Shown here: positions 47,897 through 58,149 of the stretch, piece by piece | Position numbering within the stretch: position 1 is the stretch's first letter | How the letters are laid out: each line of letters opens with the position of its first letter | Source: Cyanobacteria bacterium P01_A01_bin.123 | GTDB taxonomy: Bacteria > Cyanobacteriota > Cyanobacteriia > Phormidesmidales > Phormidesmidaceae | NCBI GenBank assembly: GCA_039815185.1 | Contig: JBCBZT010000021.1 | Coordinates: forward strand, 32,001-96,000 | Direction of reading: 5' to 3' | Length of the DNA: 64,000 bases | Notes under the pieces: generated by a model | What the model was told of the DNA's origin: nothing | Database searches by the model: none | What the model saw: the letters and a program-made list of their open reading frames with translations, nothing else | Position numbers and translations under genes: made by a program

Positions 47897-48691
47897 CTAG
47901 ACGGCTACTTGAGCGGGCAACAGGGTTAAAACATCTACACCATTCTCAGTGACTGCAACGGTATGCTCAAACTGAGCTGATAGCTGGCGGTCGGCAGTCA
48001 ACGCCGTCCAGGCGTCGCCCATGATCTCAACTTCATAGGTGCCTACATTGATCATCGGCTCAATGGTAAACACCATGCCTTTACGGAGTTTCTTGCCCTT
48101 ACCTCGGGTACCGTAGTGAGGAATTTGCGGTGCCGTGTGGAAAGTGCGGTGTACCCCATGACCGACAAAATCGCGCACGACTGAAAACCCTTCCCCCTCT
48201 GCATAGGCTTGTATGGCTGCGCCAATATCGCCGATCCGAGCCCCGGGTTTGACTTCACGAATCCCTCGCCACATTGCTTCTTCAGTAACTTCCACCAATT
48301 TCTTGGCGCGGGGAGACGGGTTACCGACTAAAAACGTCCGCGACGTATCCCCGTGGAATCCTTCATAGAAGGGCGTTACATCAATGTTGATAATGTCGCC
48401 ATCTTTTAAGATTTGCTCAGCATTCGGAATGCCGTGACACACCACTTCATTAACGCTGGTACAAATCGATTTTGGGAATGGGGTTTCCTTGGGGCCATAA
48501 CCCAACGGCGCACTGCGAGCCCCATGTTTCTGCGTCCATTGTTCCGCTGCGGTATCAAGTTCTAGCGTACTCACCCCTGGCTTCACCAGCGGAGTGAGAT
48601 AATCTAGCAGCTTAGAGGCCAAATGACAGGCTCGCCGCATGGTTTCGATTTCGCGCTTAGAGAGCAGGGTGATGACTTCGCTTTGTTGCAC
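47897..48691 (-). CDS. map: Methionine aminopeptidase type I
   Basis: SICTSVNEVVCHGIP, DIINIDVT, HGDTSRT, GHGV, FTIEPMIN and SAQFEHT. GTG start inferred. Confidence 0.96.
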   Translation of the reverse strand: MQQSEVITLLSKREIETMRRACHLASKLLDYLTPLVKPGVSTLELDTAAEQWTQKHGARSAPLGYGPKETPFPKSICTSVNEVVCHGIPNAEQILKDGDIINIDVTPFYEGFHGDTSRTFLVGNPSPRAKKLVEVTEEAMWRGIREVKPGARIGDIGAAIQAYAEGEGFSVVRDFVGHGVHRTFHTAPQIPHYGTRGKGKKLRKGMVFTIEPMINVGTYEVEIMGDAWTALTADRQLSAQFEHTVAVTENGVDVLTLLPAQVAV

Positions 48692-48825
48692 GGGTTCTGC
48701 TGGGTGATAAATGGTTGATCTAATTTCTAGGGTAACGTTGCCAAGCTCACTATTTTTCTGAAATTTCAAACAAAATCATTCTTAGCCCCGATCAAATCCA
48801 TTGCATACCGATCTGAAACCCTAAC

Positions 48826-48964
48826 GAGGTTGCTTTAAAGGTATCAAGGGTTACCTGAGCCGCCCCCCTGCCCCCCCATTCTGGAGGGTTCTGGAGTTCA
48901 AAGTCTCCCAGAAGTGGGATTTAGGGGGCGAATGCAGCACATTTGCGACTTTTCATACAGCCTC
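48826..48964. mobile_element. Degenerate MITE / REP-like dispersed repeat
   Basis: Imperfect terminal IRs GAGGTTGCTTTAAAGGT and (rc) GAGGCTGTATGAAAAGT (12/17 match) around a CCCCC...TTCTGG...CCCAGAA...GATTTAGGGGGC core. Confidence 0.5.
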
Positions 48965-49037
48965 TAAATAGTCTGGAAACCAGGCAACACTAATCCAAAC
49001 TCTAAACTCTAAAATTGGCACCATTCAAGGCAAACCT

Positions 49038-49961
49038 ATGGCCCTCTTTGACTTATCTCGCCTCTTAGTCATCGGTATTTCTTCACGCGCACTCTTTGAT
49101 TTGGAAGAAGAAGCCAAAGTGTATGACGAACAAGGGCTAGAGCCTTATATCCAGTATCAGCTTGAACATGAAGACAAAATTCTGCTGCCAGGTACGGCAT
49201 TCCCTTTGGTTCAGGGGCTGTTGTCGGTCAATCAGCACCAGTCTGAGCGATTGGTTGAAGTGATTATCATGTCGCGCAATAGTCCAGACACGGGGTTGCG
49301 GATTTTTAATTCTATTAAGCACTACAACCTTGATATCACCAGAGCTGCCCTCAGCGGGGGTGAACCGCTAGCCCCCTATTTAGAGGCGTTTGCGGTGGAT
49401 TTATTTTTGTCAAAATCAAAATCCGATGTGCAGGCGTCGATTGATGCTGGGGTGGCGGCAGCGCTGCTCTACGACCCGCCAAATCTCACTCCCCAGGCTG
49501 TGGATCAAGTCCGCATTGCCTTTGATGCTGATTCCGTTTTATTTTCAGAAGAATCAGAGGCGATTTATCAAAGCAAAGGACTAGAGGCGTTTTATGAAAA
49601 TGAACGCAAAAATGCCAACAAACCCCTCCAGGAAGGGCCATTTGCCAAGCTACTCAAAACCCTGAGTGTGATTCAACAGAGTTTTGATCAGGCAAATTCA
49701 CCAGTCCGCATCGCCATCGTCACGGCCCGTAGCAGTCCTGCCCACGAACGGGTGATTAATACCCTTAGAGCCTGGGGCGTGCGGGTAGACGCAGCTTTTT
49801 TTCTGGGAGGTGTGTCAAAAGATAAGGTGCTGAAAGCTTTTGGTGCTCAAATCTTCTTTGATGATCAGGAAGTGCATTTAGGCTTGGCTTCAGCCGTGGT
49901 TCCTTCCGGGCTCGTCCCCTACCGTACGGATTCGGTACTGCATCAACCCACAGATCCTTAG
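49038..49961 (+). CDS. 5'-nucleotidase (HAD-like family)
   Basis: GISSRALFDL, SRNSPDTGLR, RIAFDADSVLF, VTAR and IFFDDQ. Confidence 0.9.
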   Translation: MALFDLSRLLVIGISSRALFDLEEEAKVYDEQGLEPYIQYQLEHEDKILLPGTAFPLVQGLLSVNQHQSERLVEVIIMSRNSPDTGLRIFNSIKHYNLDITRAALSGGEPLAPYLEAFAVDLFLSKSKSDVQASIDAGVAAALLYDPPNLTPQAVDQVRIAFDADSVLFSEESEAIYQSKGLEAFYENERKNANKPLQEGPFAKLLKTLSVIQQSFDQANSPVRIAIVTARSSPAHERVINTLRAWGVRVDAAFFLGGVSKDKVLKAFGAQIFFDDQEVHLGLASAVVPSGLVPYRTDSVLHQPTDP

Positions 49962-50035
49962 GCGTCTGCCAATCTCATCTAGACAGACATAGCTTTGCCC
50001 CTTAAGTAACCTGTCGTAGTGCTCTTGAAAGATTC

Positions 50036-50902
50036 TTAGCGTCGAACGTGATGCAATCTACCATTGCGGATTTGAACTACAGGATGATTGGACATCCGCA
50101 CTAAATGTTCATCATGGGTGGTTACGATCACTGTGATGCCAATGGAGTTGAGCTTCTTCAGAATTTTGATCACCTGCATTGAGTTGTCAGAATCTAAATT
50201 GCCTGTAGGTTCATCAGCCAGCAGTAGCGGCGGTGTGCTGACCACTGCACGGGCAATGCTGACCCGTTGCTGCTCGCCCCCAGACAGCTGCTCTGGGAAA
50301 CATTGGGCTTTCCCTTGCAGGCCAACCATTTTCAGCGTTGGCCAGAGGCGACGGTTGATTTCTTTGCGGGTGAAGCCCTGAGCCCATAGGACAAAGGCCA
50401 CGTTCTCGGATACTGTCCGGCGGGGAATGAGTTTGTAGTCTTGAAAGACCACGCCAATACGTCGCCGTAGATGGGCCAAGCGATCGCCGTATAAATTGGA
50501 AACCTGAACATCGTTTACGACTACTTCCCCAGAAGTCGGACGCTCTTGGCCGTACAGCAGCTTGAGCAAGGTTGATTTCCCTGACCCAGAAGGCCCCGTT
50601 ACGAACAAGAAGTCACCCCGCTTCACCTGCAGGCTGACGTTTGTCAAAGCCTGAACGCCATTTGAATAGGTTTTGCTGATGCTGCGTAACGATACGGTGG
50701 TGGCAGCAGTGGCAGCTGCTTCTACGGACTTTGGAGCGGCGGCGTCTACGGGCTTTGGAGCGACGGCGTCTACGGGCTTTGGGGTTGAAGACGTTTCTTC
50801 AGGATGGGAGGTGACCATCTGTAAGCGATCGCGCAACAGCGTCCGAACATCGCTGGGAAGCTGGGCAAAGTTGTTGTTAGGTTGGGGGGCAACAAACGTC
50901 AT
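50036..50902 (-). CDS. ftsE: Cell division ATP-binding protein FtsE with N-terminal extension
   Basis: [32 protein letters not shown] and [10 protein letters not shown]. Confidence 0.9.
   Translation of the reverse strand: MTFVAPQPNNNFAQLPSDVRTLLRDRLQMVTSHPEETSSTPKPVDAVAPKPVDAAAPKSVEAAATAATTVSLRSISKTYSNGVQALTNVSLQVKRGDFLFVTGPSGSGKSTLLKLLYGQERPTSGEVVVNDVQVSNLYGDRLAHLRRRIGVVFQDYKLIPRRTVSENVAFVLWAQGFTRKEINRRLWPTLKMVGLQGKAQCFPEQLSGGEQQRVSIARAVVSTPPLLLADEPTGNLDSDNSMQVIKILKKLNSIGITVIVTTHDEHLVRMSNHPVVQIRNGRLHHVRR
50712..50783. repeat. Three 24-bp tandem repeats within ftsE
   Basis: Encode [24 protein letters not shown]. Confidence 0.85.
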
Positions 50903-51050
50903 AGAACTACCTATGGGGCAAGACTTAAGCAAACGGAACGGTTCGGTACATCGGAAGAATTAAGTATTGTAAAGTTTTTTGTTGATGTTACTGAGGCAAC
51001 ATTCTACTCGACATTGGCGACATAACAATCTCCAATCCAAAAATCAAATA

Positions 51051-51092
51051 AATCGCAACAGGAACGCTATCGATAGCGTTCCTGTTGCGATT
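51051..51092. repeat. Perfect 42-bp palindrome with no spacer
   Basis: AATCGCAACAGGAACGCTATC|GATAGCGTTCCTGTTGCGATT. Confidence 0.95.
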
Positions 51093-51122
51093 CTAAAGCT
51101 ACATGTGGCGAGAGTGGATGAT

Positions 51123-51860
51123 CTATTCTGGCTTTTGGGGATAAGTCAGGGCTCTCCAGGCAAACTTTGGTAAAGCCAGCATGCGTCGCCAGCGCCAGGG
51201 TTCTTGATAGAGGCGATAGAGCCATTCCAGGTTGTTGTTACAAAACCAAGCGGGAGCTCGTTGTTTAACCCCGGCCCAAATATCAAAGCTGCCGCCGACC
51301 CCGACCCAAATGGAATGGGGGCAAAGGGAGCGATGTTCGGCGATCCAAAATTCTTGGCGGGGAACGCCTAAGCCAACAAAAATCAGACTCGGTTGTTGGT
51401 CGCGCAACTGCTGCTGAAAAGCAGGTTGATCTTCAGCACTGAGATAGCCATTTTGTACCCCAGTAATTGTCAGATTGGGCAATTGAGTCTGCCAGCGATC
51501 GCGGGCTGTTTCAGCCACGCCTGGTGCCCCACCATAGAAAAATACGGATTCCTGAGGCAAACAGTGCTTGAGCAAATCTGCTGCTAGCTCAATACCCGGA
51601 TAGCGATGTAGGCGTTGCCCTTTGAGGCGAAAATACAACACGACTCCAGCCCCATCGGGAATCACCAGTTCTGCCTGTTGAATCAACCGCTTCAACCCCA
51701 GATTGTGATCTGCCTGCATCGACATTTCTGCATTGAGGGTAACGACATGACTCCCCTGCCCCCGCCGGAGCCGCGCCAACAGCCAGGTCGCGTAGTCAGC
51801 TCCATAATGCACGGGCAAATTCATGACTCGGAGTTGAGCTAGCGTATCTGGCTCCATCAT
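51123..51860 (-). CDS. WecB/TagA/CpsF family glycosyltransferase
   Basis: VVTLNAE, PDGAG, VGLGVPRQE, GVGGSFD and LEWLYRLYQEPWRWRR. Confidence 0.93.
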   Translation of the reverse strand: MMEPDTLAQLRVMNLPVHYGADYATWLLARLRRGQGSHVVTLNAEMSMQADHNLGLKRLIQQAELVIPDGAGVVLYFRLKGQRLHRYPGIELAADLLKHCLPQESVFFYGGAPGVAETARDRWQTQLPNLTITGVQNGYLSAEDQPAFQQQLRDQQPSLIFVGLGVPRQEFWIAEHRSLCPHSIWVGVGGSFDIWAGVKQRAPAWFCNNNLEWLYRLYQEPWRWRRMLALPKFAWRALTYPQKPE

Positions 51861-51988
51861 GGTTCTCCTCAAATACCCCTCTGTCCTTCACAAAGGTAAC
51901 TCTGATCACTACTGAACTACTCCTGAACCCCCCTCACCGGATTCGAATCAAAGCGTCCAAGCCCCTGTCGACTCACAGTCGCCGACCA

Positions 51989-52906
51989 TCAAGGTAATTC
52001 TACCGAGGTTGGCTTAGCAATATGGGGCAGGCCCCAACCTAGCTTTTCTCGTAAGACTTTAAAGAATTCAGGGGGGTGTAACCGAATGAATTTGGCCGAA
52101 TAGCGCGATCGCTTGACAATCACCAAATCCTCTGGGGTAACGTAGCATCCTGCGTTGCCATCCACCACCATCACCAGTTGGTCGGGATTGGCCGAGGCAA
52201 TGGCAATCGGTTCTGATTCGGGAAACACCAGGCCACGAGAGGCCAGGGAATGGGGACAAATGGGAATCAACTGCATCACCGGGACCCCCGGTGTAATCAC
52301 TGGCCCCCCTGCAGACAGCGAATAGGCGGTTGATCCGGTCGGCGTTGAAATGATAATCCCATCGGCTGCAATATCCACCGGGGCATGACGACCCACCGCG
52401 ACTTCAAAATGGCACATGCTGGTCAACGGTTCCCGGTGCAGTACCATTTCGTTGAGACACAGCGCCTCCCACATCAAGCTGTCTTTGTGGAAAAGCTGCA
52501 CTGCCATCATCGCCCGTTCTTCAATCTCGTACTGGTTTTTGAGGACGGTATCAATCACTTGAGGCAGCTGATTGACATAGGCTTCAGTTAAAAAGCCCAT
52601 GTGTCCTGTGTTGATCGTGAGCAGCGGAATATCAGCCGGGGCCACCTGCCGAAATGCTGATAGCACTGTACCGTCACCCCCCAGCACCACGGCAAACGCC
52701 ATGTCGTCGTCAAAATCCTGCGGTACCAAACTATCGATCGGGGTATGACACACGGGTCGATTGGGACTGGAATAGCCCAACAGTCCACCGACCCCTGTCG
52801 CAATACAGACCTGATAACCGTGGTCGCTGAATTTCTTGATGAGGTCTTCAGCTACCTGACAAGCTACAGGCTTTATATCGTTGTAGATGATGCCAACCTT
52901 CGGCAC
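51989..52906 (-). CDS. nadK: NAD(+) kinase
   Basis: [18 protein letters not shown] and [20 protein letters not shown]. Confidence 0.95.
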   Translation of the reverse strand: MPKVGIIYNDIKPVACQVAEDLIKKFSDHGYQVCIATGVGGLLGYSSPNRPVCHTPIDSLVPQDFDDDMAFAVVLGGDGTVLSAFRQVAPADIPLLTINTGHMGFLTEAYVNQLPQVIDTVLKNQYEIEERAMMAVQLFHKDSLMWEALCLNEMVLHREPLTSMCHFEVAVGRHAPVDIAADGIIISTPTGSTAYSLSAGGPVITPGVPVMQLIPICPHSLASRGLVFPESEPIAIASANPDQLVMVVDGNAGCYVTPEDLVIVKRSRYSAKFIRLHPPEFFKVLREKLGWGLPHIAKPTSVELP

Positions 52907-53246
52907 GTACTGTTTCCGAATGAGAGTAGAAATACGAAATTCAAAAACGCCAAAACCTGCCTCGGTTACATCTACGCATAACCCATTGCTGGGAAACTAT
53001 GACGCCAAAACAGAGGTGCGCTTTTTCATTAGGCTACCGCATTTTTGAACGCCCCTTGGTTCTGGAGGGGGGCTTAATTTAGAGACAATCGCTGGCAAAT
53101 CTGTCACCAATTCACCATAGATGGGGTAGATCTGTCAGCCCAGTCCCGTTATGGTGGCTATTAAGTCCAAGCCGTTAACGGCCAAGCTGATTGGCTTTAG
53201 ATCGTTTCCAGTCCCGTTTATTGCTTGCCCTTCGCCATCGCTGTCG

Positions 53247-53510
53247 ATGCCTACTAAGCGTTTACCTGAAACCACTGCTTACGTTCGAATCACCCACCAA
53301 TCTTGGCAAAACGGTAACCTCGAGGGAGAAGTACGCGCCAACGACTACGAGTGGCACTTTAAGTGGCGCTTTCGTAAGGGTCAGCTCAAAATCGAGCCGT
53401 CCTTAGGCAGAGCTTTAATTCAAGAACCTTTGGGGCGGTTTTTAGAGCGATTTGATTACCAGCTGGAACCGGGCGGCGATTATTCCTTCACGATTCGTGC
53501 CCAGCTGTAG
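53247..53510 (+). CDS. DUF3146 family protein
   Basis: LPETTAYVRI...PSLGRALIQEPLGRFLE..DYQLEPGGDY. Confidence 0.85.
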   Translation: MPTKRLPETTAYVRITHQSWQNGNLEGEVRANDYEWHFKWRFRKGQLKIEPSLGRALIQEPLGRFLERFDYQLEPGGDYSFTIRAQL

Positions 53511-53533
53511 GGTCATCTTTCAATCTGCCGCAG

Positions 53534-53974
53534 TCAATCGAGCGCCGTCAATCGAGTCAAATACCGCTCGATTAATAGCATCGCCACAATGTCATCAATT
53601 GGGCAGGGGGGAGTTCGCATGCCCTCGGGTAGCAGCCGTAGCCATCCCTGAGGCGGGTGCAGTTGCCAGTAGCGATCGCGGGCTTCCAGGCTGCTGTATC
53701 GTTCATCTACCAAAATGACGCGGGGTGCGTTGGGCAAGGTACTGATCTGCTTTTGCCATTGTGGCGCAGTGGTTTGGTCGCCCATCACCACCATCGAAAT
53801 CGGGAACTGCTGGCATAAGCCTTGCACCTGACTCAAGACATCTCCAGCGTTGACAACGGCTCGATAGCACAGGGTACGATCGACGCCCATAATCGCTAAT
53901 CCACATTTATCTCGACCTGGATCAAACCCCAAAATGACCGGTTGACGCAACGGTTCAGCAGCAGTAAACGACAC
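53534..53974 (-). CDS. yqgF: YqgF/RuvX family RNase H-fold nuclease
   Basis: LGFDPGRDKCG, VDERYSSLEAR and DDIVA. Confidence 0.85.
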   Translation of the reverse strand: MSFTAAEPLRQPVILGFDPGRDKCGLAIMGVDRTLCYRAVVNAGDVLSQVQGLCQQFPISMVVMGDQTTAPQWQKQISTLPNAPRVILVDERYSSLEARDRYWQLHPPQGWLRLLPEGMRTPPCPIDDIVAMLLIERYLTRLTALD

Positions 53975-54312
53975 AAAACCCCACTCATAACAAAACAGCT
54001 AACAAACAGCCTCAAGCTCAATTATTGCCTGAATCAAAGTCAAGCTTGGTTAGCAATGAGACCAAGGGGGCACTGAAGACACCAGAAGACAGCAGGTAAG
54101 GGCTAGGCACGAATCCCTGGTTTAGAGTCTGAATCATGGATTCTCCAGTCTGAATACGCATGTCTCACTTTGGCCCAATTTTCTTTAGATACCGTAAGAT
54201 TTGAGGGAAATTAGCGCGATCGCCGGGATTTTTTGCTAGAAATACAGCTTAAATGTTATCTTGAATGGTACATATGTATGCACCCTTATGCCCCATGGGG
54301 CTAGGCTAGCCA

Positions 54313-57300
54313 GTGCACGTTAAAAGCGTCGAGCTGTCTCACTTCAAATCGTTCGGGGGGACAACCCGGATACCGTTGCTGTCAGGCTTTACCGTCATTT
54401 CTGGCCCCAATGGTTCCGGCAAATCGAACATTTTAGATGCGCTCTTGTTTGCCTTGGGGTTATCTAGCTCTAAGGGGATGCGGGCTGAACGTCTGCCCGA
54501 TTTGGTCAATCAAAATCAAAGCAGCCGTCGCTCCACGGTGGAAGCTAGTGTGACGGTGGTGTTTGACATTAGTGATGTCGGTGAGGCGTTACTGCGCGAA
54601 GAGGCCGATGATGCATTGCCCTTGGCCTATGGTGAAAACGGGAATGGAGCGCCGACTAACGGCAATGGCCATCAGCCTCGGGAAGATGCTAGCCAAAATG
54701 GGCATGCCAAAAATGGACATGGGTCAAATGAAAATGGCGTCGGCAACGGGAATGGCCATGGTGTCGCAACCCTAGAAAATATTGTCCCTTTGCCCAAGGA
54801 GTGGAGCGTGACCCGACGATTGCGGGTGACAGCTCAAGGTACCTACACCTCAAATTATTACATCAACGGCGAAGCCTGCACCTTGGGCGATCTCCATGAG
54901 CAACTCCAGCGGTTTCGGATCTACCCCGAAGGCTATAACGTTGTGCTACAGGGGGATGTCACTAGCATCATTTCTATGAACTCGCGTGAACGGCGAGAAA
55001 TTATTGACGAACTGGCTGGGGTCGCTGCCTTTGATCGCAAAATTGACCAGGCTAAACAAAAGTTGGATGCCGTCAAAGATCGAGAAGAGCGCTTCCGGAT
55101 TGTCGAGCGTGAACTGATTGCCCAGTTGGAAAAACTGGCCTTAGACCGTCAAAAAGCTGAGAAATACCAAAAGCTCAAGACCAAGCTCCAAGAACAAACG
55201 GTTTGGGAAATCGTATTGGCTTGGCAAGAACAGCAGAGAATCGTGCAGCGGTTAATGGCGCAAATTGCAGCGGGCGATCGCCAGACAGCTACGTTTACGG
55301 AAAACATTCAGACCCTGACTGAAACCATTCAGCAGGCTACGGCAGTCCTGGAAATCCTCAACGCAAAAGTTAAAGCCCTAGGCGAAGACGATCATCTGGC
55401 GCTCCAGGCTAAGCTAGCTACCCAAGAAGCGGAACTGCGACAGCTGCAAAGGCAAGACGGCGAGTTAACGGCAGCCAGCCGCACCCTAGCAGAACAGTTG
55501 CAAGAAACCCAGCGGGCCACTCAAACCCACACCCAAGATTTGCACCAACTCGATCAGCAACTGGCCCAGCTGCAAGGGAAAGAATTGACAGCGCTGCAAC
55601 AGGCTTACCAAGAGGCTCAGCAAACCCTAGAGCGAAGTCGGGAAGCTGCCAGTGAGATTGCCGATGCGTCTCAAAGTTGGGTGCAGGCCCAAACCCAACT
55701 ACGCCACGAGATTGAAACCCTACGTCAAACCCTCGATCCCCAGCGGGCCGAACAGGTGCGCCTGCAAGAGCGCACTGCCCAGCTTGAGCATCAAATTCAG
55801 CAGCAGGTTGAAGCCCTAGACGCGATCGCCGCAGAGATGCCTGAAACGGGCCTTGGCCCTTTTTCGGCAACGGGGTTAGAAGATGCCCAAGCGCAGGTGC
55901 AAAAACTGGCCCAAGCCGTCTCAGAGACCGAAGCCGAACTTAACACCCAGCGTCAAACCCAAACCCGGCTAATCCAAGAACAGCGAGACAAGCAGCGGCA
56001 GCTTGACAAGCTCGAAGCTCAGGTTCAAGCGATGCAAGAAAGCCAGGGAACTCAAGCCACCAAAGTACTGCTAGATCAGGGTTTACCTGGTATCTGTGGT
56101 TTGGTGGCCGAACTCGGCAAGGTTGATCCGCGCTTTCAGTTGGCCTTAGAAATTGCTGCCGGCTCTCGCCTGGGTTACCTTGTGGTCGAAGATGACCGGG
56201 TTGCTGCCAGCGGCATTCAACTGTTGAAGCAAAGGCGGGCAGGGCGAGCTACCTTTTTGCCCCTCAACGCCATCCGTCCGCCCCGGTTTAAGCCTCTGGA
56301 GGCTTGGAAGCGCCCCGGTGGTTTTGTAGACTATGCCGTTAATTTGATCGACTGCGAACCCGCTTATCAAACCGTCTTTGCCTATGTGTTCGGCAGTACT
56401 GTGGTGTTTGAAACCCTGGGTGATGCCCGTCAAAACCTGGGTCAGTTTCGCATGGTCACCCTCGATGGGGAAATTTTAGAAACCAGTGGAGCGATGACCG
56501 GGGGTAGCATGCTCAACCGTCAGGGGCGACTCCACTTTGGCACTGTGGAGGCAGGCGAATCTCAAGAAGCAATCGCCCTGCGGCAGCGCCTCCAGGAAAT
56601 CGACCAGATTTTAGACCGCTGTACCCGCACCATCGCTACCCTGACTGAAACAGCCCAGACCCAGGGCCAAGCCTTAATCGACGCCCGTCAGCACCACCGC
56701 GAACTGCAACTCCACAGCCAACAGTTTGAAACCCAACTCCAGCAACAGCTCAAACGCCAAACCCAAGCTGAACAGCAGCGCCAGCAGTATCAGCAAGAAC
56801 TTACCGCTGCTCAAACCCGTCTCCAGTCGTTGGTTCAGACGCTTCCTGCTTTAGAAACCCAACTGAGCGAGCAACAGCAGGCGCTAGCTGATTTAGAACA
56901 GTCCCAGACCCACAGTGAGTGGCAGCAAGCCCAGGTCAAGATTCGCGCCCTGGAAGCTCAAGTGAGTGAACACCAACAGGCCCTCCAAGCTGCTCGACAA
57001 AGGCTACAAACGATGCAAAGCCAGCAGCAACGACTGCAAGAGAAAATTCAGCAATCCCAAGCCCAACTCGAAACGGGACGGCAAACCCAGCAAGCCCAGA
57101 TTAATCAGCAGGCAGATTTGCATCAGCAGCAAACGGCCCTGACCCAAAAAATTACCCAAACTCAAGCCGCGATCGCAGAGTTGGATCAAACCTTAGCGGC
57201 AGAAAAAAATAACCGCGATCGCGCAGAACGGGAACTCAAACAGCACCAAGTCAACCTGCAACAGCTTGAATGGGAACAGCAAAAGCTACAAGAAACCCAG

Positions 57301-58056
57301 CAAGACCGACGGCAGCAGATGGCCGCGCTAGAAGCCCAGCTTGAAACCCAGCAGGCTGAACTCCCCGACCCGCTCCCCGAAATTCCGGAGGAGATGACCC
57401 TAGAAAAGCTGCGGCAAGCCCTGCAATCGCTAAAACGCCGCCTAGAAGCCATGGAACCTGTCAACATGCTGGCCCTAGAAGAATATCAACGCACCGAAGA
57501 ACGCTTGAGCGAACTCACCCAAAAACTCGAAACCCTAGAAGAAGAACGCACCGAACTGCTGTTGCGGATTGAAAACTTCACGACCCTACGCTGCCAAGCC
57601 TTCCGCGAAGCCTTCGACGCTGTCAATGAAAACTTCAAATCCATTTTCGCCACCCTCTCCGACGGAGATGGCCACCTGCAACTCGACGATCCCCAGGATC
57701 CATTCAACGGTGGGCTGAACTTAGTCGCCCACCCCAAGGGCAAACCTGTACGCCGCCTGGCTTCCATGTCTGGGGGAGAGAAGTCTCTCACAGCGCTGAG
57801 TTTTATCTTTGCCTTGCAACGCTATCGGCCCTCGCCCTTTTATGCCTTTGATGAAGTCGACATGTTCTTAGATGGGGCAAATGTGGAGCGATTAGCTAAG
57901 ATGATTAAGCACCAGGCCCAGCAGGCCCAGTTTATGGTTGTGAGTTTGCGACGACCCATGATTGAGTCTGCTCAGCGCACCATTGGCGTTACCCAGGCTC
58001 GGGGCGCTTATACCCAGGTATTGGGCATTGATTTGCAGGCCAGTGCCTCTGTGTAG
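54313..58056 (+). CDS. smc: Chromosome segregation protein SMC
   Basis: FKSF, GPNGSGKSN, hinge GRATFLPL, MSGGEKS and FDEVD, with long coiled coils. Confidence 0.97.
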   Translation: MHVKSVELSHFKSFGGTTRIPLLSGFTVISGPNGSGKSNILDALLFALGLSSSKGMRAERLPDLVNQNQSSRRSTVEASVTVVFDISDVGEALLREEADDALPLAYGENGNGAPTNGNGHQPREDASQNGHAKNGHGSNENGVGNGNGHGVATLENIVPLPKEWSVTRRLRVTAQGTYTSNYYINGEACTLGDLHEQLQRFRIYPEGYNVVLQGDVTSIISMNSRERREIIDELAGVAAFDRKIDQAKQKLDAVKDREERFRIVERELIAQLEKLALDRQKAEKYQKLKTKLQEQTVWEIVLAWQEQQRIVQRLMAQIAAGDRQTATFTENIQTLTETIQQATAVLEILNAKVKALGEDDHLALQAKLATQEAELRQLQRQDGELTAASRTLAEQLQETQRATQTHTQDLHQLDQQLAQLQGKELTALQQAYQEAQQTLERSREAASEIADASQSWVQAQTQLRHEIETLRQTLDPQRAEQVRLQERTAQLEHQIQQQVEALDAIAAEMPETGLGPFSATGLEDAQAQVQKLAQAVSETEAELNTQRQTQTRLIQEQRDKQRQLDKLEAQVQAMQESQGTQATKVLLDQGLPGICGLVAELGKVDPRFQLALEIAAGSRLGYLVVEDDRVAASGIQLLKQRRAGRATFLPLNAIRPPRFKPLEAWKRPGGFVDYAVNLIDCEPAYQTVFAYVFGSTVVFETLGDARQNLGQFRMVTLDGEILETSGAMTGGSMLNRQGRLHFGTVEAGESQEAIALRQRLQEIDQILDRCTRTIATLTETAQTQGQALIDARQHHRELQLHSQQFETQLQQQLKRQTQAEQQRQQYQQELTAAQTRLQSLVQTLPALETQLSEQQQALADLEQSQTHSEWQQAQVKIRALEAQVSEHQQALQAARQRLQTMQSQQQRLQEKIQQSQAQLETGRQTQQAQINQQADLHQQQTALTQKITQTQAAIAELDQTLAAEKNNRDRAERELKQHQVNLQQLEWEQQKLQETQQDRRQQMAALEAQLETQQAELPDPLPEIPEEMTLEKLRQALQSLKRRLEAMEPVNMLALEEYQRTEERLSELTQKLETLEEERTELLLRIENFTTLRCQAFREAFDAVNENFKSIFATLSDGDGHLQLDDPQDPFNGGLNLVAHPKGKPVRRLASMSGGEKSLTALSFIFALQRYRPSPFYAFDEVDMFLDGANVERLAKMIKHQAQQAQFMVVSLRRPMIESAQRTIGVTQARGAYTQVLGIDLQASASV

Positions 58057-58149
58057 TTCTGTTAAAGATCGCAAATCTCGGTAAGATATATTCTTATCTA
58101 GATTTAACTATTATTTCTTTTCGATTAACCCCGAAATCGGGATCCGAAT

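Noticed and set aside
51051..51092. Protelomerase (telomere resolution) site
   Set aside because: No protelomerase or phage genes are in the window and the context is ordinary chromosome.
54267..54280. LexA-like box upstream of smc (GGTACATATGTATG)
   Set aside because: The right half deviates from GTWC; too weak without comparative support.
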